Shown piece after piece: positions 1 to 6,969 of a stretch of DNA of 13,463 bases. The translations under genes and the position numbers were made by a program. The stretch is from positions 26,406-39,868 of the forward strand of contig JAURAC010000030.1 of assembly GCA_030586555.1 (NCBI GenBank). The letters run 5' to 3'. Source of the stretch: Candidatus Subterrananammoxibius californiae (GTDB lineage Bacteria > Planctomycetota > Brocadiia > Brocadiales > Subterrananammoxibiaceae). Positions within the stretch are counted from its first letter, which is position 1. Every line of letters begins with the position of its first letter. The notes beneath the pieces were generated by a model. That model ran no database searches, was not told the origin of the DNA, and saw only the letters and a program-made list of their open reading frames with translations.

Positions 1-689
1 GCAAAAACAGGAATGATATAAGTAAGATTCGACGGTTCGTTCCTTTCCCCCCTTTTAGGTTGAGGCGCTAAGAAAGGGCAATCCGTTTCAAGGAGAAGCC
101 TTTCCACAGGAACAGATTGTACAACCTTTCTGAGTCTCTCTGCATTTGAAAAAGTAACAGGACCTGCAAAGGATATATAAAGACCCAACTGCATAAAATC
201 CCTTGCTGCCTCTTCACTACCGCTAAAGCAGTGAACCACCCCCTTAAGGGAATTATTTGCATGCTCACGAAGTATCTTAAGACAATCTTCACTTGCTTCT
301 CTATTATGTATTATAACAGGTAGTCCAGCTTTTTTCGATAGTTCAAGGTGTTTGTGAAATAAGCGTTGTTGTTCCTCTCTGGGACTGCGGTTGCGGTAAT
401 AATCAAGACCCGTCTCCCCTATTGCAACAACCTTTGACTGACTAACCAATTTCTCAAATTCTGACCACACATCGTCAGAAACCCGTGAAGCATCGTGGGG
501 ATGTATTCCTATACTTGCATAAATATTATTAAACTGCCGCGCTAATTCAATTGCTTTTTTGCTGGAATTGAGGTTTGTGCCTACATTGATAATATAACCA
601 ACATCGGCCCCCGATGCGCGTGCAAGCACTTCATGAAGGTCGGACTTATATTCTGGAAAGTCCAGGTGGGCATGGGTATCAACTAACAT
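1..689 (-). CDS. tatD: TatD family metal-dependent DNase/hydrolase (3' end runs off the window edge)
   Basis: Not in the ORF track. Manual translation from ATG at 689 (minus): MLVDTHAHLDFPEY...SIGIHPHDA...AIGETGLDYY...PVIIHNREA...GVVHCFSG...LLLETDCPFLAP. These are the canonical TatD motifs DxHxH, GxHP, GExGLD, HxR, HCF and ETDxP. The frame stays open to the edge. Confidence 0.95.
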   Translation of the reverse strand, partial: MLVDTHAHLDFPEYKSDLHEVLARASGADVGYIINVGTNLNSSKKAIELARQFNNIYASIGIHPHDASRVSDDVWSEFEKLVSQSKVVAIGETGLDYYRNRSPREEQQRLFHKHLELSKKAGLPVIIHNREASEDCLKILREHANNSLKGVVHCFSGSEEAARDFMQLGLYISFAGPVTFSNAERLRKVVQSVPVERLLLETDCPFLAPQPKRGERNEPSNLTYIIPVF

Positions 690-705
690 GGTCAAAGGTT
701 AAGAA

Positions 706-1116
706 TTATAAGGTGAATGCATTCTTTAGCAAGCTTACCTCATGAGCTTTACCATCATTTGAAAGCCGAATGGAAACGACATCAAAACGGCAGCAAACGT
801 CCTCAAGCTTGTTCTCTATTATGTACTTCTGTGCAGTCTTTATGATGTGATTCTTTTTGATTTGTGTAACTGCCAACTCTGGCGGACCGAAACTTTCAGA
901 TAGGCGGGTCTTCACCTCAATAAAGCTTATAGTGCCACGGTCATATCCAATCACGTCTATTTCACCAAATTTGGTGAAATAGTTCTTCCTGAGCACTTTA
1001 TATCCGTTTTTCTTAAGGAACTTGACAGCTATCTTCTCACCCCTTGCGCCAAGGCTATCTTCTTTTTCAATTGGTTTTGAGAATAATTGGAACAGGGCTT
1101 TTAATAAACTTGGCAC
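706..1116 (-). CDS. yraN: YraN family (UPF0102) PD-(D/E)xK nuclease-like protein
   Basis: Motifs GARGE..A..FL...GY, GEIDVI, FIEVKTR and RFDVVSI. Position directly downstream of rplS is typical for this family. Confidence 0.93.
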   Translation of the reverse strand: MPSLLKALFQLFSKPIEKEDSLGARGEKIAVKFLKKNGYKVLRKNYFTKFGEIDVIGYDRGTISFIEVKTRLSESFGPPELAVTQIKKNHIIKTAQKYIIENKLEDVCCRFDVVSIRLSNDGKAHEVSLLKNAFTL

Positions 1117-1124
1117 CGTAGTGA

Positions 1125-1508
1125 TTAACCGCCTGAGGCGGGTTGTTGTTCTGTTTCCACCTTTTCAGCAAACTTTTCCTTCAGACGCGTTGCCTTTCCA
1201 GACTTCTCACGCATGTAATACAACTTTGCACGTCTTGCCTTTCCAGACTTCTTTACCCTGATATCAACAATCTTGGGAGAATGGAGTGGAAACACACGTT
1301 CTACCCCCTCTCCCTGGACAATGCGTCTAACGGTAAAGGATTCACGAATCCCGCAACCTTTTTTGGCAATTACCGTACCATTAAATACTTGAATGCGTTC
1401 TTTGTCACCCTCGACAATCTTAACAAGCACATCCACAAGGTCGCCCACAACAAATTCTGGAGCCGCTTTTTTCATTTGTTCCTTTTCTATTGTGTCAATG
1501 ATATTCAT
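1125..1508 (-). CDS. rplS: 50S ribosomal protein L19
   Basis: [60 protein letters not shown] upstream. Confidence 0.98.
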   Translation of the reverse strand: MNIIDTIEKEQMKKAAPEFVVGDLVDVLVKIVEGDKERIQVFNGTVIAKKGCGIRESFTVRRIVQGEGVERVFPLHSPKIVDIRVKKSGKARRAKLYYMREKSGKATRLKEKFAEKVETEQQPASGG

Positions 1509-1538
1509 GTTGTCATTCTCCTTTACTTACAAAACCTT

Positions 1539-1567
1539 AGTATAACACGCGGTGGTGGTGGTATCAA
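1539..1567 (-). promoter_or_regulatory. Sigma70-type promoter for rplS-yraN-tatD
   Basis: Minus strand: TTGATA (1567-1562), 17-bp spacer, TATACT (1544-1539) with a TGn extended -10. Confidence 0.7.
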
Positions 1568-1626
1568 GAAAAAAACACATGAGTGTGTAAAGTAATTCTA
1601 AAAACACGTCTTTAGCAGGTTGGCTA

Positions 1627-1655
1627 TTGACGCTTGTTGAGTCTTGTTGTATGAT
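1627..1655 (+). promoter_or_regulatory. Sigma70-type promoter for the esterase gene
   Basis: TTGACG (1627-1632), 17 bp, TATGAT (1650-1655). Divergent from the rplS promoter. Confidence 0.65.
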
Positions 1656-1737
1656 TTAGGGGAATATTTGAAAGCAGGTTACTATAGCTACATATTAATT
1701 CTATTTTCAGGCGTAGAACAAATAATAGGTTTATAAA

Positions 1738-2514
1738 ATGAAGTCGGACATAGATTGTGACTTATCCCTTTATGCCGAGGAATTTACTGTTGGAAGGGGG
1801 CAAACGTCTTGTTTGCTTATTCACGGACTTGGCGGTGGCCCAATTCAGATGAGGGAACTGGCGGAGACGCTTGCCCCACTCGGCATTACCACAAGGGGAA
1901 TATTGTTGCCAGGACATTGTGGCAGTTGTGAAGACCTTGAGGCAATATCCAGCGAAGATTGGTACAAAAAGGTTGAAGAGGAGTACCTTAAATTAAAGAG
2001 GCAACATGAGAATGTTGCGGTAGTAGGTTTTTCGCTCGGAGCTCTACTGGCTTTAAAACTTGCCGTGAATAATCCGGTAAAAAAGGTCGTGGTTATGGGA
2101 GCGCCAATATTTATTATTCGAAGGTATTTACCTGTGAGAGGGTTAATCAAGTTGTGCGGTAGTTTTTTAAGAAAAATCAGGGTAACTACAGGTAATTGGC
2201 CAATAAGCACCGAGGTCTTTTCTGGATTCTTAAGATTGCCAACATATTCCCACTTTCCGATAGCTTCCCTGCTTGCCCTCACAAATTTAACTGACACAAT
2301 TAGATGTGAGCTTCACAGAATAAGGTCTCCAATACTCATTATCCACTCAAAACGAGATTCTGCCGCCTCGCCTTCCAGCGCAAATTATATCAGCAAGTAC
2401 GTGGGTTCAGACGAAAAGAAATTATTATGGCTCAAGAAAAGCCATCATCTGGTAATGCACGATAAAGAGAAGGAAACGGTCTTTGAGGTTACAAGGGAGT
2501 TTTTACTCGCTTAA
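1738..2514 (+). CDS. Alpha/beta hydrolase (carboxylesterase/monoacylglycerol lipase-like)
   Basis: LLIHGLGG oxyanion region, LPGH, GFSLG nucleophile elbow, ILIIHSKRD acid residue and SHH catalytic His. The triad appears intact. Confidence 0.9.
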   Translation: MKSDIDCDLSLYAEEFTVGRGQTSCLLIHGLGGGPIQMRELAETLAPLGITTRGILLPGHCGSCEDLEAISSEDWYKKVEEEYLKLKRQHENVAVVGFSLGALLALKLAVNNPVKKVVVMGAPIFIIRRYLPVRGLIKLCGSFLRKIRVTTGNWPISTEVFSGFLRLPTYSHFPIASLLALTNLTDTIRCELHRIRSPILIIHSKRDSAASPSSANYISKYVGSDEKKLLWLKKSHHLVMHDKEKETVFEVTREFLLA

Positions 2515-2549
2515 GATTAAACCTCTTGGAATTTAGTAATTGCATTATA

Positions 2550-2644
2550 CATGAGGCTTTTATGGCTTGCAAGGTATCATTCTTTAACTCTTCTTGATTT
2601 TCATTCATGAGGCTTTAAGGCTGCACAGGAACTACCCTTCTTGA
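2550..2644. repeat. Degenerate ~56-bp tandem duplication
   Basis: CATGAGGCTTT exact at 2550-2560 and 2606-2616. The copies continue imperfectly (ggcttgca/ggctgca), and each is followed by TTCTTGA (2591, 2638). Confidence 0.5.
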
Positions 2645-2712
2645 CCTATTTATTAAATATCAGAAGAATTTGTAAAGAGTAAAGGGTACAGAATTATAAT
2701 AGGAGGTGTAAA

Positions 2713-3495
2713 ATGGCAGAAACGAGAGCCAAAAGTGAGGAGGTTTTAAAAATAAACGAAAGAACTTTAAAAGTCCCAGATTTTGTAACATGGGCATACA
2801 CTTACCGTATAGCCAGATGGCTAATTGGCGGTTATCTCGGATTAGTTGTGATATTGCTTGGAGCTATAATTGGTACGCCTGACGTTAAAACAGATGCCAT
2901 TAATGCATTAGAGACTATAACTACTGTATTTGGCCCATGGATAGGAGCGCTTGTTGCTTTTTATTTTGCTCAAAAACAAACGGAAAAAGTGTCAGAACAA
3001 CTAAGTGAGGCACAAAAAGCTATTACTGCTACAGTCAAGCCTGATATCAAAAAAATTCTTAAAGGAATACTCGTAAAAGATATCATGGAAAAATTTAATC
3101 CTGATAAACATGAGTTTCCAAGAGATTTACATTCTGAAGTACCAATAAATGAGAGTGTTAGAAATACAATTAGAGCACATTTGGAGAACCCGGAGCGGAA
3201 GGATGTAAGATGTTTCGTCGTGTTTAAGGCCAAAGAAAAAGAGCAAGAAATAGAAGGAATACTCACCCGAGGAGACATAGCAAAAATTATGGACCCAAAA
3301 GTTTCTGATAACAAAACGATTGGTTATTTTACCACAGATATGCCCAGAATTGTAAAGGCTAAGCCTTATCAGTCTTTATCAGAAATATTATCGAGCCTCG
3401 AGAATTTCGACTTACTTCCAGTTTATGAAGGTGGAAAAATTGTGGGATTTGTTTATAGGGGCGACGTGTTTAGGCATATGAGTAGTGTCTCATAA
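2713..3495 (+). CDS. Two-TM membrane protein with C-terminal CBS-like (Bateman) domain pair
   Basis: AGGAGGT RBS at 2701. Hydrophobic segments WLIGGYLGLVVILLGAIIG and ITTVFGPWIGALVAFYF. CBS-like motifs VKDIM, EGILTRGDI and LLPVYEGGKIVGFVYRGDV. Confidence 0.75.
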   Translation: MAETRAKSEEVLKINERTLKVPDFVTWAYTYRIARWLIGGYLGLVVILLGAIIGTPDVKTDAINALETITTVFGPWIGALVAFYFAQKQTEKVSEQLSEAQKAITATVKPDIKKILKGILVKDIMEKFNPDKHEFPRDLHSEVPINESVRNTIRAHLENPERKDVRCFVVFKAKEKEQEIEGILTRGDIAKIMDPKVSDNKTIGYFTTDMPRIVKAKPYQSLSEILSSLENFDLLPVYEGGKIVGFVYRGDVFRHMSSVS

Positions 3496-3570
3496 CGAAG
3501 AAATTGAATTAATAGCCCACAAATATATTTACGCTTCTAAGGGTAAAATACTTTAGGAAAGGAGATCACT

Positions 3571-4953
3571 ATGAAGACTCCCATCGTGATACTAAGGAAT
3601 GAAAAACTTAGAAGATTACAAGTTATTTACTTTGTTGGACTTATGATATGGATGTTAGTCGCTTTAGTTGGTTGTAGCACAACTAAAGAGCTTGAACGCG
3701 TGGCTAAAGATTGGTGCATGACGATTCGCGCAAGCCAGGTGATTCCAGTATACCCACTTACAGAAGATATCCAGCCTGGCGATGTCTTCCTGGTACAGAC
3801 ACCAATAGAAGAACAGATCGGGCTTTATAAATCAAGAGGGTTCTTACCATTAGATAATCATTTGGTACGGTTACAGCTAAACAATTACCATAACTTTTAT
3901 TCACGTAGATATGGTATCGAAAACGAAAATACTATGCCACCTGGCATCTGGCAGTTTCCCAATACACAACCCCAAACTGCGAATTATGCGAATGCCCCAC
4001 GCTCAGCGTTCCCCTCGTACAATTTCACTGTCAGTCGCAGTGAAGGGTTTAAAATAGCCCTACCGATACATGGCATACCTGTGGGCTTAAATCTTCTGAA
4101 CTCAGCAAAGGCTCACGGTAGCATCACAATTGCCGACTCTTATACGTACGGAACTGATGTACACGAACTGGATACACTCGTTAGGAACTGGGCAGATGAG
4201 AATAAGGTTTTTTTGGCACAATTTGTACCTGTCAACGAGGCGAGTTATGAGGGCATTTTTACTAATCTCATTAACTCCATCACCGGGAAAAATAAACAAA
4301 AAAGGTATTACTTACGTGTAACAAACAGAGTGTATCTAACCGGGCGTGTAAATATTTCGGTTTTTAATGACGAGGCACTCGGAGCAACTGCATCTGGTGG
4401 CATTCCAGAGCCATTTAGCCTGCCGAAGTCTGATTCCCAAATTAACCCCATAGACAACATCAATGAGCTTCTTGATAAAAACTTGTCGGTAGATACATTA
4501 TCTACCCCAGCAGAACCAAGCGCTGTAAAAGTGGGAGGTACCCTAAAGGTGGCTATGGCCTCCAGCCGTTCAATTACACTCGTTGAGACCTTCCCACGAC
4601 CTCTGGTCATTGGTTATATCGCTTTTGACCTACCTATACTCAAAGATGGTAAACTTGGGGTGCCCGTCTCAACACAATTGCTGTTGACTGGAAAAAGAGT
4701 TAGCACTGGACCGCCGATTTCGTATGAGAAGGATGAGAACACTGAAAAGATAAGGGCTTGGTTAAGAAAGAAAGGGGAAGGAAATCGAGAGAGGCTAAAA
4801 GAGTGGTTGAAGGAGGAGGGGACACAAAAATGGTTAAATGGACATAGTTACTCTAAGGTAATAAGTGGAGAGCATACTATATCAGACATCTTGACTGGCA
4901 AAAACTACGGTCCATTAAGAGACAAAATTGTGGAAGACTTCAAGATTGAATAA
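3571..4953 (+). CDS. Predicted lipoprotein with gasdermin-like motifs and a C-terminal helical extension
   Basis: Strong RBS (AGGAAAGGAGA, 3555-3565). Basic n-region, hydrophobic h-region and lipobox LVG-C35. Ordered motifs: PVYPLTEDIQPGDVF, FPSYNFTVS, YLRVTNRVYLTGRVNISV, GGTLKVAMASSRSIT, PLVIGYIAFDL. The CDS is secure; the fold is inferred. Confidence 0.8.
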   Translation: MKTPIVILRNEKLRRLQVIYFVGLMIWMLVALVGCSTTKELERVAKDWCMTIRASQVIPVYPLTEDIQPGDVFLVQTPIEEQIGLYKSRGFLPLDNHLVRLQLNNYHNFYSRRYGIENENTMPPGIWQFPNTQPQTANYANAPRSAFPSYNFTVSRSEGFKIALPIHGIPVGLNLLNSAKAHGSITIADSYTYGTDVHELDTLVRNWADENKVFLAQFVPVNEASYEGIFTNLINSITGKNKQKRYYLRVTNRVYLTGRVNISVFNDEALGATASGGIPEPFSLPKSDSQINPIDNINELLDKNLSVDTLSTPAEPSAVKVGGTLKVAMASSRSITLVETFPRPLVIGYIAFDLPILKDGKLGVPVSTQLLLTGKRVSTGPPISYEKDENTEKIRAWLRKKGEGNRERLKEWLKEEGTQKWLNGHSYSKVISGEHTISDILTGKNYGPLRDKIVEDFKIE

Positions 4954-5041
4954 GAGAAATGTATGTGTGCGCTACGGTAAATTACAAGTAAACGTTTGCT
5001 TACAAATACTTAAGACTCTTTAAAGGAAAGGAGAGGCATTT

Positions 5042-5179
5042 ATGGCAGTACCACGAACGGATGTTCCGCCAGACGATGTGGGTGAAGTGGTTCAAGATTT
5101 TGTTGATGACGGTGAAGAACATATAGACGTTAAGAAACAGCCTGACGGAAACTTTACTATTACACCATTACCCCAATAA
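5042..5179 (+). CDS. Small acidic protein, 45 aa (not in the ORF track)
   Basis: ATG at 5042 follows AGGAAAGGAGA (5024-5034). Translation MAVPRTDVPPDDVGEVVQDFVDDGEEHIDVKKQPDGNFTITPLPQ*, TAA at 5177-5179. It fills the gap on the same strand as its neighbours. Confidence 0.8.
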   Translation: MAVPRTDVPPDDVGEVVQDFVDDGEEHIDVKKQPDGNFTITPLPQ

Positions 5180-5202
5180 AAAAACGCTGACCTGTCATCC
5201 TT

Positions 5203-6005
5203 GTGAATATAATAAGCGTTGACTTAAACTGGAGTCCGTCTAAAACGGCACGAATAGCGGTTGCTATTGCTGATAAAAATGGAAATGTAAGAGCCGTTAG
5301 TGGTGGATTGTCCGATAATGAACTTCTATGCCTTATTAGTGAAGTCCACCTAAAAAAAAGTACACACTCCTTGATTCTCTTAGACATACCAATAGAGGGA
5401 TGTAAATACATTGGGGGTGGTCATTTTCGTCCTGTTGACCTTGCCCTTATACGTAATGGATTTCCTCTCTTACCGTCCTCAAATGCCGGGCAAAGAGGAC
5501 GTCTACTAAAGAAAAGAATCCAGACCGTTGCGGGCAAAAACGCCAGAATATATGAAATATATCCCTATGCCGTGTATAAGTTCCTCTCCTATCTTAGTTA
5601 CAAAGGCATCCTCTCATTGTTTAGTAGGGGCACGTTGCAACGTCCCCCTACCGGTCATGTTTTATTGGATGAGCAATTTCTCACGTTCTGGCCTCCAAAG
5701 TATAAATAAGAGAACGTAATAGAAGAATACGGGTTAAGAATATGAGATATTTATTTTCACTTCTTACGAATTCGCAAATTGGATTAGCCTTTAGCTCGCC
5801 CCTTCAAGCGCCATCTATATCAGAGAATCTTTCTGCTATGGCTGATAAATACGATGCCTGTCTTGGCGCTGTAGTTGGAATACATTTTGCAAATAAAAGC
5901 CCATTTGCTAAGATAGCCGGTAACAAAGACTCAGGCGAAATCCTCTTGCTTGCAGATGGATGGCTCGTTGAAAACCTCAAAAAGGCAGATATAAAAATCA
6001 GGTAA
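5203..6005 (+). pseudogene. DUF429-like RNase H-fold nuclease, split by a frameshift near 5707
   Basis: ORF 5203-5709 has SVDLNWS, LLDIPI, RPVD, YEIYPY and PPKYK. ORF 5742-6005 has DKYDACL and GEILL. The second frame is already open from 5709 (RERNRRIRVKNMRYLF), so removing 2 nt fuses them into one protein. Confidence 0.75.
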
Positions 6006-6013
6006 CCACAACG

Positions 6014-6074
6014 TGTCACCCTGAGCGAAGCGAAGGGTATCGTAATAAGATTCTTCGCTAATGCTCAGAATGAT
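6014..6074. repeat. REP-like imperfect palindrome (TGTCAxCCTGAGCGAAGCGAAG...CTTCGCT...GCTCAGAATGA type)
   Basis: TGTCACCCTGAGCGAAGCGAAGGGTATC pairs imperfectly with GATTCTTCGCTAATGCTCAGAATGATA across a short loop. Intergenic. Resembles a widespread extragenic repeat family. Confidence 0.8.
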
Positions 6075-6083
6075 AAGTGATAA

Positions 6084-6767
6084 GTGAATCTAATGGAATT
6101 CAAGAATCTTCACCCCTGGGATGTAAACTATAAGGAAGCCGTACAAATCCAACAAAGGCTTCAAAAAAAACTTATACTTAAAAAACCAAAAAGTGGATTC
6201 CGCCTTGTAGCTGGCACAGATGTTGCCTATGATAAAAAGAGCGATAAGGTCTTTGCTGGCGTAGTTATACTCAACCTTGAGAATATGCAAAGGGTTGAAC
6301 AGGCAACTGCTGTTGGCAGGGTAAGATTTCCTTATATTCCTGGTCTATTGAGCTTCCGTGAGTCACCCATTTTGCTTAAGGCATTTTCAAAGATTAAACA
6401 GACGCCAGATATAATCATAGTAGATGGCCAAGGGATTGCGCATCCGAGGGGGATTGGTCTTGCATCGCATCTTGGTCTAATATTAGATATGCCTTCCGTT
6501 GGATGTGCAAAAAGCAGGTTAGTTGGCGAACACGAACCAGTGGGTAAGAAGGCTGGTTCGCAGTCTTACATAAAAATCAATGGCAAGGTCGTTGGAGTGG
6601 TTTTAAGAACCAAGACAAATATAAAGCCCGTATACGTTTCGCCGGGTCATAAGATTGACCTTGCATCTGTTGTTAATGTGGTGTTAAAATGCTGCCGAGG
6701 CTATAAGCTTCCTGAACCGACGAGGCAGGCACATAATCTTGTAAATAAATTAAGAAGAAGGTTATAG
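6084..6767 (+). CDS. nfi: Endonuclease V (deoxyinosine 3' endonuclease); start could be ATG 6093
   Basis: AGTDVAY, FPYIPGLLSFRE, VDGQGIAHPRGIGLASHLG, GCAKSRL, PVYVSPGH, LPEPTRQAH. Confidence 0.96.
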   Translation: MNLMEFKNLHPWDVNYKEAVQIQQRLQKKLILKKPKSGFRLVAGTDVAYDKKSDKVFAGVVILNLENMQRVEQATAVGRVRFPYIPGLLSFRESPILLKAFSKIKQTPDIIIVDGQGIAHPRGIGLASHLGLILDMPSVGCAKSRLVGEHEPVGKKAGSQSYIKINGKVVGVVLRTKTNIKPVYVSPGHKIDLASVVNVVLKCCRGYKLPEPTRQAHNLVNKLRRRL

Positions 6768-6881
6768 GTCATAGGTTATGGGTTATAGGTTACGGGTGAG
6801 AAGGTTGAAGGCTGAAGGCTTAAGGCTGAAGAAAAAATCTTTTCCTTCAGCCCTCAGCCTATCTTTTCTTCAGCCTTTTTT
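6759..6881. repeat. Degenerate heptamer tandem repeats with inverted copies (hairpin)
   Basis: Units AGGTTAT/AGGTCAT/AGGTTAT/GGGTTAT/AGGTTAC/GGGTGAG, then AGGTTGA/AGGCTGA/AGGCTTA/AGGCTGA. Inverse TCAGCC units at 6844-6876. 14-bp stem 6822-6835/6864-6877 followed by a T-run. Confidence 0.75.
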
Positions 6882-6969
6882 GCTCCTTTACCTTTTCGCC
6901 TCTTTGCCTCTTTCTGTGGCGGACAGCTCGCCAGAAAAATTGGCGAGTCCGCCTATCGGTTTGGTGGAT

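Noticed and set aside
68..292. 74-aa minus-strand ORF from the track
   Set aside because: Out-of-frame shadow inside tatD.
1..700. Possible RNA gene (e.g. rnpB) in the apparent ORF-track gap downstream of yraN
   Set aside because: The region is fully explained by the tatD reading frame.
1022..1595. Plus-strand ORFs 1022-1261 and 1143-1595
   Set aside because: Antisense to yraN and rplS with no recognisable motifs.
2550..2644. Possible mini CRISPR array
   Set aside because: Only two degenerate copies with an 11-bp exact core, and no cas genes in the window.
6778..6969. N-terminal 64-aa extension of the archaemetzincin ORF (looks like a signal peptide)
   Set aside because: Largely encoded by the heptamer repeat and pyrimidine tract; the family-like sequence begins at Met 6970. 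Not fully excluded.
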